Shown here: positions 28,049 through 37,270 of the stretch, piece by piece | How the letters are laid out: each line of letters opens with the position of its first letter | Position numbering within the stretch: the first letter of the stretch is position 1 | NCBI GenBank assembly: GCA_965223505.1 | Contig: CBDCWP010000030.1 | Location: 96,001 to 160,000 of the forward strand | Direction: 5' to 3' | Source: Planctomycetota bacterium | GTDB lineage: Bacteria; Planctomycetota; PLA2; JAEUHO01 | Length of the DNA stretch: 64,000 nucleotides | The notes under the pieces: model-generated | Seen by the model: the letters and a program-made list of their open reading frames with translations, nothing else | Told to the model about the DNA's origin: nothing | Databases searched by the model: none | Position numbers and translations under genes: made by a program

Positions 28049-29599
28049 TCATGCACCGAACAGCTTGCGCGCCTCCGCGAGACCCGGCGCCTCGAAGCCG
28101 TAGCCGCTCGCCATGACGCGGGTCAGCGCCGTCAGATGTACCCAGCGATGCGCCGCCCGGCTTCGCGCGAACTCCTCGAGCGCGGTGAGGAAGTACTTTT
28201 CGTGGTGAAGCGCGCCATCGTGCGCGATCGCGGGCTCGATGAGCACGTCGATCAACCGCTTCGGATCGCCGCCCGCTTCGCCATAGCGCTCCGCCAGAGC
28301 CGCAGCGGCAGGTTGATCGCGCCCGCGCAGGGCCTCTTCGATCGCCCCGAGCAGCTCTTCAGGCTTCACGGCCGCCGCGTCCTTGCGCGCGGACGCGTGA
28401 TGGGGCGCGTCCCCGTCCATGCCGCCCGACTGTCCCGCCGTATGCCAGGCCCCAGTGACGAGACTCGCGTTCGCGACGCCGGCGTCCGTCGCTTGACCGA
28501 TCCCACGCCACGCGTGCGCGGAGTCCGCCGCGTGCAGGCCGATCGACGCGCCGTGAACGCTGCCGATGGGCTTGCCCGTCTCGGCTCGCTTCTTCCCCGG
28601 ATCGTGCAGCAGCAGCCGCGCGGAGGCCAACGACAACGCCTCCCCCACGTCCTCGCACGAAACGCCCTCCGCGAGCAGCGCCGCGACGTGCGCTGCGGAT
28701 GCGTCGCGGTCCTTTCTGAACACGAAGTCGGCAACCGCCTCAAGCTCCTTGTCGCTGAGCGACCTGGACGCGGCTGGTTTTCCATGGAGACCGTGTTCGT
28801 CGATCAACTTCGGCAGGAGCGCACGAATGGACGGCGCCGTTCGACCGCGCCGCTGCCGCCCCCGCTCGCGATCCATGCACTGCCGCAGGGACTGACGCAG
28901 CATGACGTCCGCCCGCTCCATGCCGACGAGCGTCAACATGTCCCACGAACGGAACGTGAGCACGACCTGGTGGACGTCGATGTTGTCGCGTGTGACGGGT
29001 TGCAGGGCCAAGTACCCGGCCTTGGGTTCCCCCGACATCAGCACGGCGAGCCGGCGCTCCGCCGCGTCGACGTCGGCGCCGCGGCTGTCCTCGAGCAACG
29101 CTTCGGCAGGCGCCGCCTCGGCGGGATCGTTCTCGGACTCCAGGCGCAGCGGCTTGAGCCGCTCGTTGCTTCGTCCACCCTTTTGTTGGATGCGCGTGGC
29201 GTTGCGATGCAAGACCTTGAACACGGGTATCGCCGCGCGCGCGGCCGGAAGCCGCTTCGACATCTCGAGCGCCGGAACCATCGCGAAGAAGCAGTGGTAG
29301 CCGACGTAATCGTGACCACCGAACGTGCGCACGTTGGCGAGGGTCGCAGCCGTCACGAGTGTTTGCAGCGAGGTGCCGGCGTCGAGTTCGGCCTTCAGCA
29401 CCGGCATCAGGGCGTCGGCCTCGGTGCTCTGCATTCGGTCGACGAGCGGCTCGAGCTTCCCGAAGTGAAGCCGGTCATCGCCTTCCGCTCGCGCGTCCGC
29501 CAGCAGCCCGAGTTCGCGCACGGCGCCGACGCCGATTGCGCCTGCCAGGGCGCCGGCCCCGACTCTGCCAAGAAAGGTGCGGCGTGTGGTCTGCTCCAT
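28049..29599 (-). CDS. Tat-exported His-rich helical protein of unknown function
   Basis: TRRTFLG Tat motif. Clusters GHDYVGYH, DVHQVV, SVHGASIGLH and HDGALHHEKY. Confidence 0.75.
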   Translation of the reverse strand: MEQTTRRTFLGRVGAGALAGAIGVGAVRELGLLADARAEGDDRLHFGKLEPLVDRMQSTEADALMPVLKAELDAGTSLQTLVTAATLANVRTFGGHDYVGYHCFFAMVPALEMSKRLPAARAAIPVFKVLHRNATRIQQKGGRSNERLKPLRLESENDPAEAAPAEALLEDSRGADVDAAERRLAVLMSGEPKAGYLALQPVTRDNIDVHQVVLTFRSWDMLTLVGMERADVMLRQSLRQCMDRERGRQRRGRTAPSIRALLPKLIDEHGLHGKPAASRSLSDKELEAVADFVFRKDRDASAAHVAALLAEGVSCEDVGEALSLASARLLLHDPGKKRAETGKPIGSVHGASIGLHAADSAHAWRGIGQATDAGVANASLVTGAWHTAGQSGGMDGDAPHHASARKDAAAVKPEELLGAIEEALRGRDQPAAAALAERYGEAGGDPKRLIDVLIEPAIAHDGALHHEKYFLTALEEFARSRAAHRWVHLTALTRVMASGYGFEAPGLAEARKLFGA

Positions 29600-29739
29600 G
29601 GCGCCCTCCGATCGGGCTCATTGTCGCAGATGCGCGAGGGCCGTAGGTAACGAGGGAGGCGCTGAGGACGAAGCGTCGAATTCGGGCCGGGCGCAGCCAG
29701 TGGACCCCGACCGCAGCGGGACGGGGCTTCAGACCGCGC

Positions 29740-31650
29740 CTAGTCGTCGGCGTACTTGTCCAGCTTGCGCTGCAGCGTGAAGCGGCTGATCCCCAGCAGG
29801 TCGGCGGCGCGCGTCTTGTTCCCGTCGGCTGTCTTCAGCGCCTTCGCGATCTCGTGCCGCTCCACGTTCTCCACGAGCTCGATCAGGTTGCGCACCGGCT
29901 CCCCGTCGTCACCGCCCAGGCCGCCACGCGCGCCGCGCTGCACCTGCTCGGAGAGTACGTCCGCCGTGATGACGTCGTCCGACAGCGCGATCATTCGCTT
30001 CACCTCGTTCTCGAGCTCACGCACGTTGCCGGGCCAGTCGTAGGTCGCGAGGATGTCGAGCACGCCTTCATCGAGCCGCTTCACCGGCTTGGCGCCGGCG
30101 TGCAGCGCCAGGAAGTGCGACGCCAACATGCCGACGTCGCCCTTGCGTTCGCGCAGCGGCGGCAGGTCGATGTTCAACACCTTCAGGCGGTAGTACAGAT
30201 CCTCGCGAAACTCGCCGGCGCGCACCAGCTTCTCGAGCTTCTTGTTGCTCGCGCTGACGATGCGCACGTCCACTTTCTTGACGCTCTTGCCGCCGACGGG
30301 CCGCACCTCGCCTTCCTGCAACGTGCGCAAGAGCTTCTTTTGCATGTCGGGACTCATGTCCGCGACCTCGTCCAGGAAGAGCGTGCCGTTGTCGGCGAGC
30401 TCGAACAGGCCCTTCTTGTCGCGATCGGCGCCGGTAAACGCGCCGCGCACGTGCCCGAACAGCTCGCTCTCGAGCAACGTGTCCGTCAGCGCCGCGCAGT
30501 TCTCCGACAGGAACGCCTTGCTGGCCCGCGCACCCTTCGAGTGAATCGCGCGGGCGATGAGCTCCTTACCCGTGCCGGACTCGCCCGTGATCAGGATCGG
30601 CTCGTCCGTCTGCACCAGCTTGTCGAGCAGCTTGAGCACGCTCTTCATCGCGGGCGAGTCGCCGATGATCTGCGGATAGACGCCCTCGGGCTGCCCGACG
30701 CTGCGCAAGCGGTCCTTCACCTCGGTCAGCTCGTGCGCCTGGGTCTCGACGCGCATCTCGAGACGCTTGTTGAGCTGCTCCAGCTCGCGCGCCTGCGCCT
30801 CGTTGTCCTCGTACAGCCGCGCGCGCTCGATCGCCGCCGCCGCGAGGTCGGCCAACGACGTCAGCGTATTGAGCTCCGCCTCGCCGAACGCGCCCTGCTG
30901 CAGCCGGTTGTCGACGTAGACCGCGCCCAGGATCTGGCCGCGCACCCGGAAGGGGAGGCACATCACCGAGCGGGCCCGGATGGCGTTGACGGACAGGGTG
31001 TCGGAGAATCGCACGTCCTCGACGGCGTTCGCGGTCACGACGGGCTCGCCGCTGTCCATCACCTTCGAGACGATCGAACCGGAGAACGCGACCTCCGGCG
31101 CCTCGACGTCCTCCTGTTCGAAGTTGCGCGCCACACGGGCGGCCGGCCGGCCGTCGCGGGCACTCAGCACCAGGAAGCCCCGCTCCGCCTGCGACACCTC
31201 GACCAGATGGTCGATGATGATCTTCAGCAGCGGGTCGAGGTGCAGCTCGCTGTTCAGCGCCTTCGCCACGCGGTGAAATCGCTCGAGGCGGTCCTGCCCG
31301 GACCCGACCTTCAGCGCCTCCATCGACGTGACCATCGTGTCGCGCGTGTCGACGGCGTCCGGCGGCGGCGCCTTCTCGTACCAGAGCCGCGCGCTGCCGA
31401 CGCGAATCTCGTCGCCGGTCTTCAGCGCGGCCCGGTCGACGAGGTGGCCGTTGAGCCGCGTGCCGTTCTGGCTGCCGAGGTCCACGACGAGGTACTGCTG
31501 GCCGTGCTGCTCGATGCGGCAGTGCACCCGCGACGCGCGCAGATCCATGACTGCGACGTCGTTCTCGGTCGATCGGCCGACCAGGATCGTGTCCTGATCG
31601 AGCTCGAAGACCGTCCGGCTGTCCTTTTCGTCCAGGATGAACCGCGGCAA
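29740..31650 (-). CDS. Sigma-54 enhancer-binding protein with FHA and GAF input domains
   Basis: FHA (VGR..ASRVH..SQNGT), GAF, GESGTGKE, ESELFGH.RGAFTGA, FREDLYYRL, WPGNVRELEN and Fis-type HTH. Confidence 0.95.
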   Translation of the reverse strand: MPRFILDEKDSRTVFELDQDTILVGRSTENDVAVMDLRASRVHCRIEQHGQQYLVVDLGSQNGTRLNGHLVDRAALKTGDEIRVGSARLWYEKAPPPDAVDTRDTMVTSMEALKVGSGQDRLERFHRVAKALNSELHLDPLLKIIIDHLVEVSQAERGFLVLSARDGRPAARVARNFEQEDVEAPEVAFSGSIVSKVMDSGEPVVTANAVEDVRFSDTLSVNAIRARSVMCLPFRVRGQILGAVYVDNRLQQGAFGEAELNTLTSLADLAAAAIERARLYEDNEAQARELEQLNKRLEMRVETQAHELTEVKDRLRSVGQPEGVYPQIIGDSPAMKSVLKLLDKLVQTDEPILITGESGTGKELIARAIHSKGARASKAFLSENCAALTDTLLESELFGHVRGAFTGADRDKKGLFELADNGTLFLDEVADMSPDMQKKLLRTLQEGEVRPVGGKSVKKVDVRIVSASNKKLEKLVRAGEFREDLYYRLKVLNIDLPPLRERKGDVGMLASHFLALHAGAKPVKRLDEGVLDILATYDWPGNVRELENEVKRMIALSDDVITADVLSEQVQRGARGGLGGDDGEPVRNLIELVENVERHEIAKALKTADGNKTRAADLLGISRFTLQRKLDKYADD

Positions 31651-31714
31651 GCTCTGGTGACCTCTCTATCCGTACTGTGCGGGAACTCGGAACCTCGCAC
31701 CAGCGGCTATCTTA

Positions 31715-31746
31715 CGGCAACGCCGGCTGAGGGCCCGGCGTTGCCG
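31715..31746. promoter_or_regulatory. Perfect 12-bp inverted repeat in divergent intergenic region (candidate operator)
   Basis: CGGCAACGCCGG-N8-CCGGCGTTGCCG. Confidence 0.4.
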
Positions 31747-31870
31747 GACCACCCGACGGGGACCTCCGCGGGCGATCCGCGCCTGGGGGTGAGGCTCGGT
31801 ACAGTCCCCTCAACGTCCGATCTCACCGGATGGGCGCTGCGCCTGCCCTGGAAACGGCGCGGAAACGCGA

Positions 31871-32929
31871 ATGCAGAAGACCTACACCATCGAAGAGCTG
31901 GCGGAGCTGGGCGGTGTCACGGTGCGCCAGGCCCGCGAGTGGAAGTCGAAGGGCTACCTCGGCAAGCCGGTGCTGGACGACTCGGGAAGGCGACTGTTCG
32001 GATTCGAGCAGGCCGAGCGCTGCGTGGAGCTGGGTGGACGCGGGCTGCAACGCCGGCTGTGCGTGGTCAACCAGAAGGGCGGCGTCGGCAAGACGACCAC
32101 CGCGTTCACGCTCGCGGCGGCCCTGGCGGATCTCGGTCGTCGGGTCCTGGCGGTCGACCTCGACGCCCAGGCGAACCTGACGACGTCGTTCGGATTCGAC
32201 CCCGATCTACTGGACCTGACGAGCTCGGACCTGCTGGTCGAGGAGCACGTGACCCCCGAGGACGTGATCCTCGAGACCGCGATCGAAGGCGTGCACGCCA
32301 TTCCGGCCGACATCAAGCTTTGCGCCGTCGAGACGCGCATCCAGGACATGATCATGCGCGAGCGGATCCTGCACACGAAGCTGCAGCCGCTGTACGACCG
32401 CTATCACTACGTCATCTTCGACTGCCCGCCGAATCTGAGCCGCGTGACGATCAACGCACTTGTCGCGAGCGAAGAGGTCATCGTCCCCGTCGAGACGCAG
32501 TCCTACTCGATCAAGGCCATCAGCGACCTCACCAACACCTTCGCGCTGCTCAAGGCGAAGATGGGCCACGACCTCCACGTGTGGCTCCTGCCCACGAAGG
32601 TCGACCGCCGCATGCGGCTCGCCTGCGACATCCTCGACGCGCTCGACGAGGCGTTCCGCGGCCGGATCATGGATCCGATCCACGTGGACTCGAACCTGAT
32701 CCGCGCGCCGCTGGTGTGCGAGCCGGTCACGCGCGCGTTCCCCACGACGCGCTCGTCGATCGAGTACTCGCGCATGGCGCGCTTCTTCACGCTGCCTGAC
32801 GCCGACCGCACGCGCTGGATGAACCTGACGCTGGAGCAGCGGCGGCAGGTGCTCGACAAGGGCGCGTCCTCGGTCGTCGAATCGAGTGTCGGCTCGGAAA
32901 AGGGCGACGGGAAGAAGGCGACGGCGTAG
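31871..32929 (+). CDS. ParA/Soj-family ATPase with N-terminal MerR-like HTH
   Basis: YTIEELAELGGVTVRQAREW HTH. Deviant Walker A NQKGGVGKTT, VDLDAQAN and IFDCPP. Confidence 0.9.
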   Translation: MQKTYTIEELAELGGVTVRQAREWKSKGYLGKPVLDDSGRRLFGFEQAERCVELGGRGLQRRLCVVNQKGGVGKTTTAFTLAAALADLGRRVLAVDLDAQANLTTSFGFDPDLLDLTSSDLLVEEHVTPEDVILETAIEGVHAIPADIKLCAVETRIQDMIMRERILHTKLQPLYDRYHYVIFDCPPNLSRVTINALVASEEVIVPVETQSYSIKAISDLTNTFALLKAKMGHDLHVWLLPTKVDRRMRLACDILDALDEAFRGRIMDPIHVDSNLIRAPLVCEPVTRAFPTTRSSIEYSRMARFFTLPDADRTRWMNLTLEQRRQVLDKGASSVVESSVGSEKGDGKKATA

Positions 32930-33985
32930 CTACGCCGGCAGCATCTTCCGCACCTCGCGCAGCACGCGCGCCACGCCGATCTTCGACAGGCACGGATGCC
33001 CTTCCACCGGGCAGGTGCGCAGGAAGCACGGGCTGCACGGCTCCGGCTCGTAGATCACATGCCGCGGCCCTGGGCCGATCGGCGCGCTCACGACCGGATC
33101 GCTCGCGCCGAACAACGCGAGCACCGGCGCCCCCACCGCCGCTGCCACATGCATCGGTCCGGTGTCGTTCGACACGACCACGTCGGCCTTCGACAACAAC
33201 CCGATCAGAACGTTCAGGTCGTCCGTGCGCCCGGCGCCGCGCAACAGGCCGGGCGCGCGTTGTGCGACGACACGCTCGATCGGACGCGTCGCATCCATGC
33301 CCACCGTCACGACGTCCGCGAGTCCGCCCTCGATCAGCGCGCGCGCAAGATCGCCGAAGTGCTCGGCCGGCCAACACTTCGCCGCGCCGTAGCTGGCCCC
33401 AGGCTCGAGCACCACCAGCGGCCGCTCGGTCTTGCGGCCGAGCGCCAGCAACAGCCGCTCGGCATCGTCCACCGCGGAACGAGGCGGCGTCAGCGACCAG
33501 TCGTCCTCGACCGTGGCGCCGAACGCCTCGGCAAGCGACGCGAAGTAGCGGCTTCGGTGCGCACTTCGAAGCGGCCGCCAGCCCGTCAAGGGATGCGTGA
33601 GAAACCGGCGCCGGCCGGGCGCGTCGTAGCCGACCCGTACCCGGATGCGCGCCAGCCAAGGGCCCAGCGCCGAGCGAAACGAACGCGGGAAGATCAACGC
33701 CGCGTCGGCCTCGAGCTCCCGCAACGCGCGGCGGCTTCGGAGCAGGTCGCGCAGGCCCTTGTCGCGCCCGGCGGGCACGACCTTCGAAACGCCCGGAAGC
33801 AGCGCCGCGAGCGGCATGAAAGGCCTCTTGACCTGGGCGACGAGCTCGACGTCGGGCCGCGCGCGATGAATCGCCGCTACCGTCGGCGCTGCCATGACGA
33901 CGTCGCCGAGCCAGTTCGGCAGCCGTACGAGGAGGCGGCGAATGTCGCCGCTCACGCTGCCGACGTGGATCTGTTCGGCTTCCAA
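32930..33985 (-). CDS. waaF: LPS heptosyltransferase II (GT9)
   Basis: VRLPNWLGDVVMA, PRSFRSA, PGASYGAAKCWP and SNDTGPMHVAAA motifs. Confidence 0.85.
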   Translation of the reverse strand: MEAEQIHVGSVSGDIRRLLVRLPNWLGDVVMAAPTVAAIHRARPDVELVAQVKRPFMPLAALLPGVSKVVPAGRDKGLRDLLRSRRALRELEADAALIFPRSFRSALGPWLARIRVRVGYDAPGRRRFLTHPLTGWRPLRSAHRSRYFASLAEAFGATVEDDWSLTPPRSAVDDAERLLLALGRKTERPLVVLEPGASYGAAKCWPAEHFGDLARALIEGGLADVVTVGMDATRPIERVVAQRAPGLLRGAGRTDDLNVLIGLLSKADVVVSNDTGPMHVAAAVGAPVLALFGASDPVVSAPIGPGPRHVIYEPEPCSPCFLRTCPVEGHPCLSKIGVARVLREVRKMLPA

Positions 33986-34004
33986 GAGCCCCGCGGGATT
34001 CAGA

Positions 34005-34169
34005 TCACCGGGCCGTCGACGGCTGCGCGTCGATCATGTAGCGCGCGTAGAAGATGATCAGCGCGAGGAACAAGATACCGAAGCACAGCTTCAGCCATCC
34101 GGGGACCTTCGCGTGCCCCTCGACGATGCCGATGTCTTCGCTCGGGTCGTTCTCGTGGGTGTCACTCAT
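34005..34169 (-). CDS. 54-aa single-TM protein resembling the CcoP/FixP N-terminal segment (not in ORF track)
   Basis: MSDTHENDPSEDIGIVEGHAKVPGWLKLCFGILFLALIIFYARYMIDAQPSTAR. GAGGGA upstream. Follows ccoS. Confidence 0.6.
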   Translation of the reverse strand: MSDTHENDPSEDIGIVEGHAKVPGWLKLCFGILFLALIIFYARYMIDAQPSTAR

Positions 34170-34186
34170 GGCCGTCGATTCCCTCG

Positions 34187-34408
34187 CTATCGTGCCTTCT
34201 CGTCATCCTGCGCGCCGACGGTAACGGTCTCGTCGTCGCCGGACGGAGAATCGGCGCGCTCGTACTCCTGGTTGTCCCATTCGAGCATCTGCTCGGCGGT
34301 CTCCTCGGCGTCCCTGAACTGCCCGGAGCGGACCGCCCACATGAAGATCAGCCACGCCGCGAGCCCCATGAAGAGGCACATCAGGAAGAGGAACCAGGTG
34401 AGGGACAT
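34187..34408 (-). CDS. ccoS: cbb3-type oxidase assembly protein CcoS/FixS
   Basis: TM helix followed by WAVRSGQFRD. Located after ccoI. Confidence 0.85.
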   Translation of the reverse strand: MSLTWFLFLMCLFMGLAAWLIFMWAVRSGQFRDAEETAEQMLEWDNQEYERADSPSGDDETVTVGAQDDEKAR

Positions 34409-34467
34409 GCTGAAGGCGAGCACGCTGGAATGGTACCTACTGTGGAGGATTCCTGCCCCGTTTGCGG

Positions 34468-36573
34468 TCAGCCGGGCTCGGCCGCGTCGAGAATCCGGGC
34501 AAGCGTCATGCGCAGCCGCACCGAGTTGCCGATGACGAACAGGCTCGACGCCACCATCGCCAACGCCGCCAGCACCGGCGGAAGACCCCGCCACGCGGCC
34601 CAGGTGACGGCAGCCCCGTTGTAGGCGAAGGCCCAGAACAGGTTCCACGCGACCGTGCGGCGTGTTCGCCGCGACGCCTCGAGCAACGCGGGAATCCGCT
34701 GCAAGTCGTTGCCGAGCAGGCTCACGTCGGCGGACTCCTTGGCGAGCGCCGTTCCCGACCCGACCGCGATGCCGAGGTCGGCCGCGGCGAGCGCCGGCGC
34801 GTCGTTCAGCCCGTCGCCGACGAAGACGACCCCCCTGTCGCTCTGCGCTCGCAGCTCGCTGACGGCCTCCACCTTCTCCGTCGGCAGGAGCGCGCCGCGC
34901 ACGTGCTCTGCATCGACGCCGACGCGCGCCGACACCGCCCGCGCGCGGTCGACGGCGTCGCCCGAGAGCACCCGCACGTCGAGGCCCTCGTCCCGTAGCG
35001 CGCGCACGGTCGGCCCTGCGCTGTCGCGCGGCGCGTCGTCGAGGTCGATGGCGCCGATCAAGTTGCCGTCGAGCTGTACCGAGACGGGCAGTCCGACGGT
35101 CGCGGCGCCGAGCCACCCGGCACTGCCGACGCACACCGTGCGCGTACGCCCGTTCACGGTGATCGTTCCCTCGATACCGAGCCCCGGATGCACCTTCGTC
35201 TCGACCGCTTCGAAGAGCTCGAGTTCGCGCGCCTGCGCCGCGTGGACGATGCCGCGCGCCCAGGCATGCTCGCTGTGGCGCTCGAGCGACGCCGCGTAGC
35301 GCAGCACGTCGTTCTCGTCGACGTCGACCGTCGGTACGACGCGTGACACCGCCGGTTCACCGCGCGTCAACGTGCCGGTCTTGTCGAAGACGACCGTGCC
35401 GACGTCGGGCAACTCGGAGAGCGCGCTACCGGACCGGACCAGCACACCGCGCGCGGCGAGTCGTCCGAGCGCCGCGGTGGTCGCGAGCGGGGTCGCGATC
35501 CCCAGGGCGCACGGGCACGCGACGACGAGGATCGACAGGCCGCGCATGACGGCATCCGCCACGTTGGCCCCGCCACGCAGCTGCAGCACGCACACCACGA
35601 CGGCGAGCACGAGCACCGCCGGAACGAAGACGGCCGCGATGCGGTCGGCGAGCCGCTCCGCCGGCGCGCGCTCCGCACGGGCGTGGGAGAGCACCTTGCC
35701 GATCTGGGCGAGCAACGTCTCGCTGCCCACGCGCTCGACACGCACGACCAACGCGCCGTCGGCGGGGACGGTCGGGGACCGCACCTCGTCGCCCTCGCCG
35801 ACAACGCGCGGCAGCGGCTCGCCCGTGAGCGCCGCCTCGTCGACGTGCGCCTTCCCCCACACGACGCGACCGTCGGCGGGAATCGCCTCCCCCGGAAGCA
35901 CGCGTACGCGGTCGCCGACCTCCAAGGCGTCCGCGGCGACGTCGACCTCGATCTCTTCGCCGTTCCTGGTTTCGATGCGCCGGGCCGGACGGCCGGCGTC
36001 GCTCAGGAACGTGCGCAACCCCGCCGTTGCGCGCTCTTTCGCGGACGCCTCGAGCCAGCGGCCCACCGTGACCAGCGTCGCCAACCCGGCGACGGTGTCG
36101 AAGTAGAGCGGGTCGGCCTCGCCACGCGCCATCGTCGCGACCGACGCCGCGTAGCCGGCGAAGATGCCCAGCCCGATCAGCAGATCCGCTCCGATCCGCA
36201 GGCGGCGAAGCTGCGCCAGCGCGTTCCAAAGGTACGGAACGCCGAGTACGAGCAATACCGGCGTCGTCGCGACGAGCATCGCCCACGGCGCGAACGCCTC
36301 GTACGACGCTTCTTCCGCGGCTTCGGGCGTGACGTAGCGCACCCACTGGATGAGCATCACGATCATCGTCATGACGACGCCGAGGCCGATGCGCAGCAGG
36401 AACGCCGCGGCCTCGCTGCCGCCTTCCCCCTTGCCGCCGCCCGCGAAGCGCCATGCGATCGAACATCCGAGGCAGCAAAAAGCGCGCTCAGTCTCGTCGT
36501 AGACACGCTCCACGCCGCCGACGCCGACCGGCAGCGCGCAGTGGTCGCAAAACTGGGTCTCGTGCGTGCTCAC
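34468..36573 (-). CDS. ccoI: P1B-type copper ATPase CcoI/FixI
   Basis: N-terminal CDHC...FCCLGC, LTGEP, ACPCALG, DKTGT, SEH and GDGLNDAPAL motifs. Lies in the cbb3 cluster. Confidence 0.88.
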   Translation of the reverse strand: MSTHETQFCDHCALPVGVGGVERVYDETERAFCCLGCSIAWRFAGGGKGEGGSEAAAFLLRIGLGVVMTMIVMLIQWVRYVTPEAAEEASYEAFAPWAMLVATTPVLLVLGVPYLWNALAQLRRLRIGADLLIGLGIFAGYAASVATMARGEADPLYFDTVAGLATLVTVGRWLEASAKERATAGLRTFLSDAGRPARRIETRNGEEIEVDVAADALEVGDRVRVLPGEAIPADGRVVWGKAHVDEAALTGEPLPRVVGEGDEVRSPTVPADGALVVRVERVGSETLLAQIGKVLSHARAERAPAERLADRIAAVFVPAVLVLAVVVCVLQLRGGANVADAVMRGLSILVVACPCALGIATPLATTAALGRLAARGVLVRSGSALSELPDVGTVVFDKTGTLTRGEPAVSRVVPTVDVDENDVLRYAASLERHSEHAWARGIVHAAQARELELFEAVETKVHPGLGIEGTITVNGRTRTVCVGSAGWLGAATVGLPVSVQLDGNLIGAIDLDDAPRDSAGPTVRALRDEGLDVRVLSGDAVDRARAVSARVGVDAEHVRGALLPTEKVEAVSELRAQSDRGVVFVGDGLNDAPALAAADLGIAVGSGTALAKESADVSLLGNDLQRIPALLEASRRTRRTVAWNLFWAFAYNGAAVTWAAWRGLPPVLAALAMVASSLFVIGNSVRLRMTLARILDAAEPG

Positions 36574-36577
36574 AGGC

Positions 36578-37252
36578 CTAGTGGTGCGTGTGTCCGAAGT
36601 GCAACAAGTCGGGGAACATCCCGCGCAACAACGTGACGACGCCGAGCAACAACACGACGACGCCCGCGACGCGGATGAACTTCACCCGCGTCTGCGCGCG
36701 GATCTTCGCGCCCGTCAACGCGACGAGCAGCAACGCCGGCGCCGAGGTCAATCCGAGGATGGACATGGTCCCCATCGCGCCGAGCACCGACCCCACCTTG
36801 AGCGCGTACGCGAGAAACGCGTAGACGAGCGGGCACGGAAGAAACCCCGTGAGCGCGCCCATCGCGAGCGGTGCGACGGGCCCACGGATGTTGAGCGCGG
36901 CGTTCACTCCCTTGCCATAGAGCGAGTCGGGACCGAACCACGAACCGACGGGCAGCTCCTTGAGCAGGCCCATGATCTGCAGGCCCGCCAGGATCATGAG
37001 GCAGCCCGCGACCACGGACAGCACGATCTGCGCGGAATGAAACCAGGGCGCGCGCAGCAATGCCGCTCCCGCCAAGCCGGCGATGCCGCCCAGCAGGACG
37101 TACGTGGACGTCTTGCCTAGATGGAAGAGCGCCTGCGCGCCGACGCGTCGCCAGGGAAAGGCGCCCGGCCGATCCAGCGCGATGACGAAGCCGCCGCACA
37201 TCCCGACACAGTGAAGGGAGCCCATCAGGCCGGTGGTGACCAGCTCCCACAT
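36578..37252 (-). CDS. TauE/SafE/DsbD_2-like membrane protein (cbb3 biogenesis-associated)
   Basis: GSLHCVGMCG and GFLPCPLVY motifs. About 6 TM helices and a His-rich C-terminus. Confidence 0.85.
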   Translation of the reverse strand: MWELVTTGLMGSLHCVGMCGGFVIALDRPGAFPWRRVGAQALFHLGKTSTYVLLGGIAGLAGAALLRAPWFHSAQIVLSVVAGCLMILAGLQIMGLLKELPVGSWFGPDSLYGKGVNAALNIRGPVAPLAMGALTGFLPCPLVYAFLAYALKVGSVLGAMGTMSILGLTSAPALLLVALTGAKIRAQTRVKFIRVAGVVVLLLGVVTLLRGMFPDLLHFGHTHH

Positions 37253-37270
37253 GCGTGATCCCGCGCGGCG

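Noticed and set aside
29854..32799. 981-aa plus-strand ORF
   Set aside because: Antisense to the sigma54 activator and out of frame over parA. No domain signal.
31871..32929. Plasmid or prophage partition locus
   Set aside because: No parB, rep or phage genes, and the surroundings are chromosomal housekeeping.
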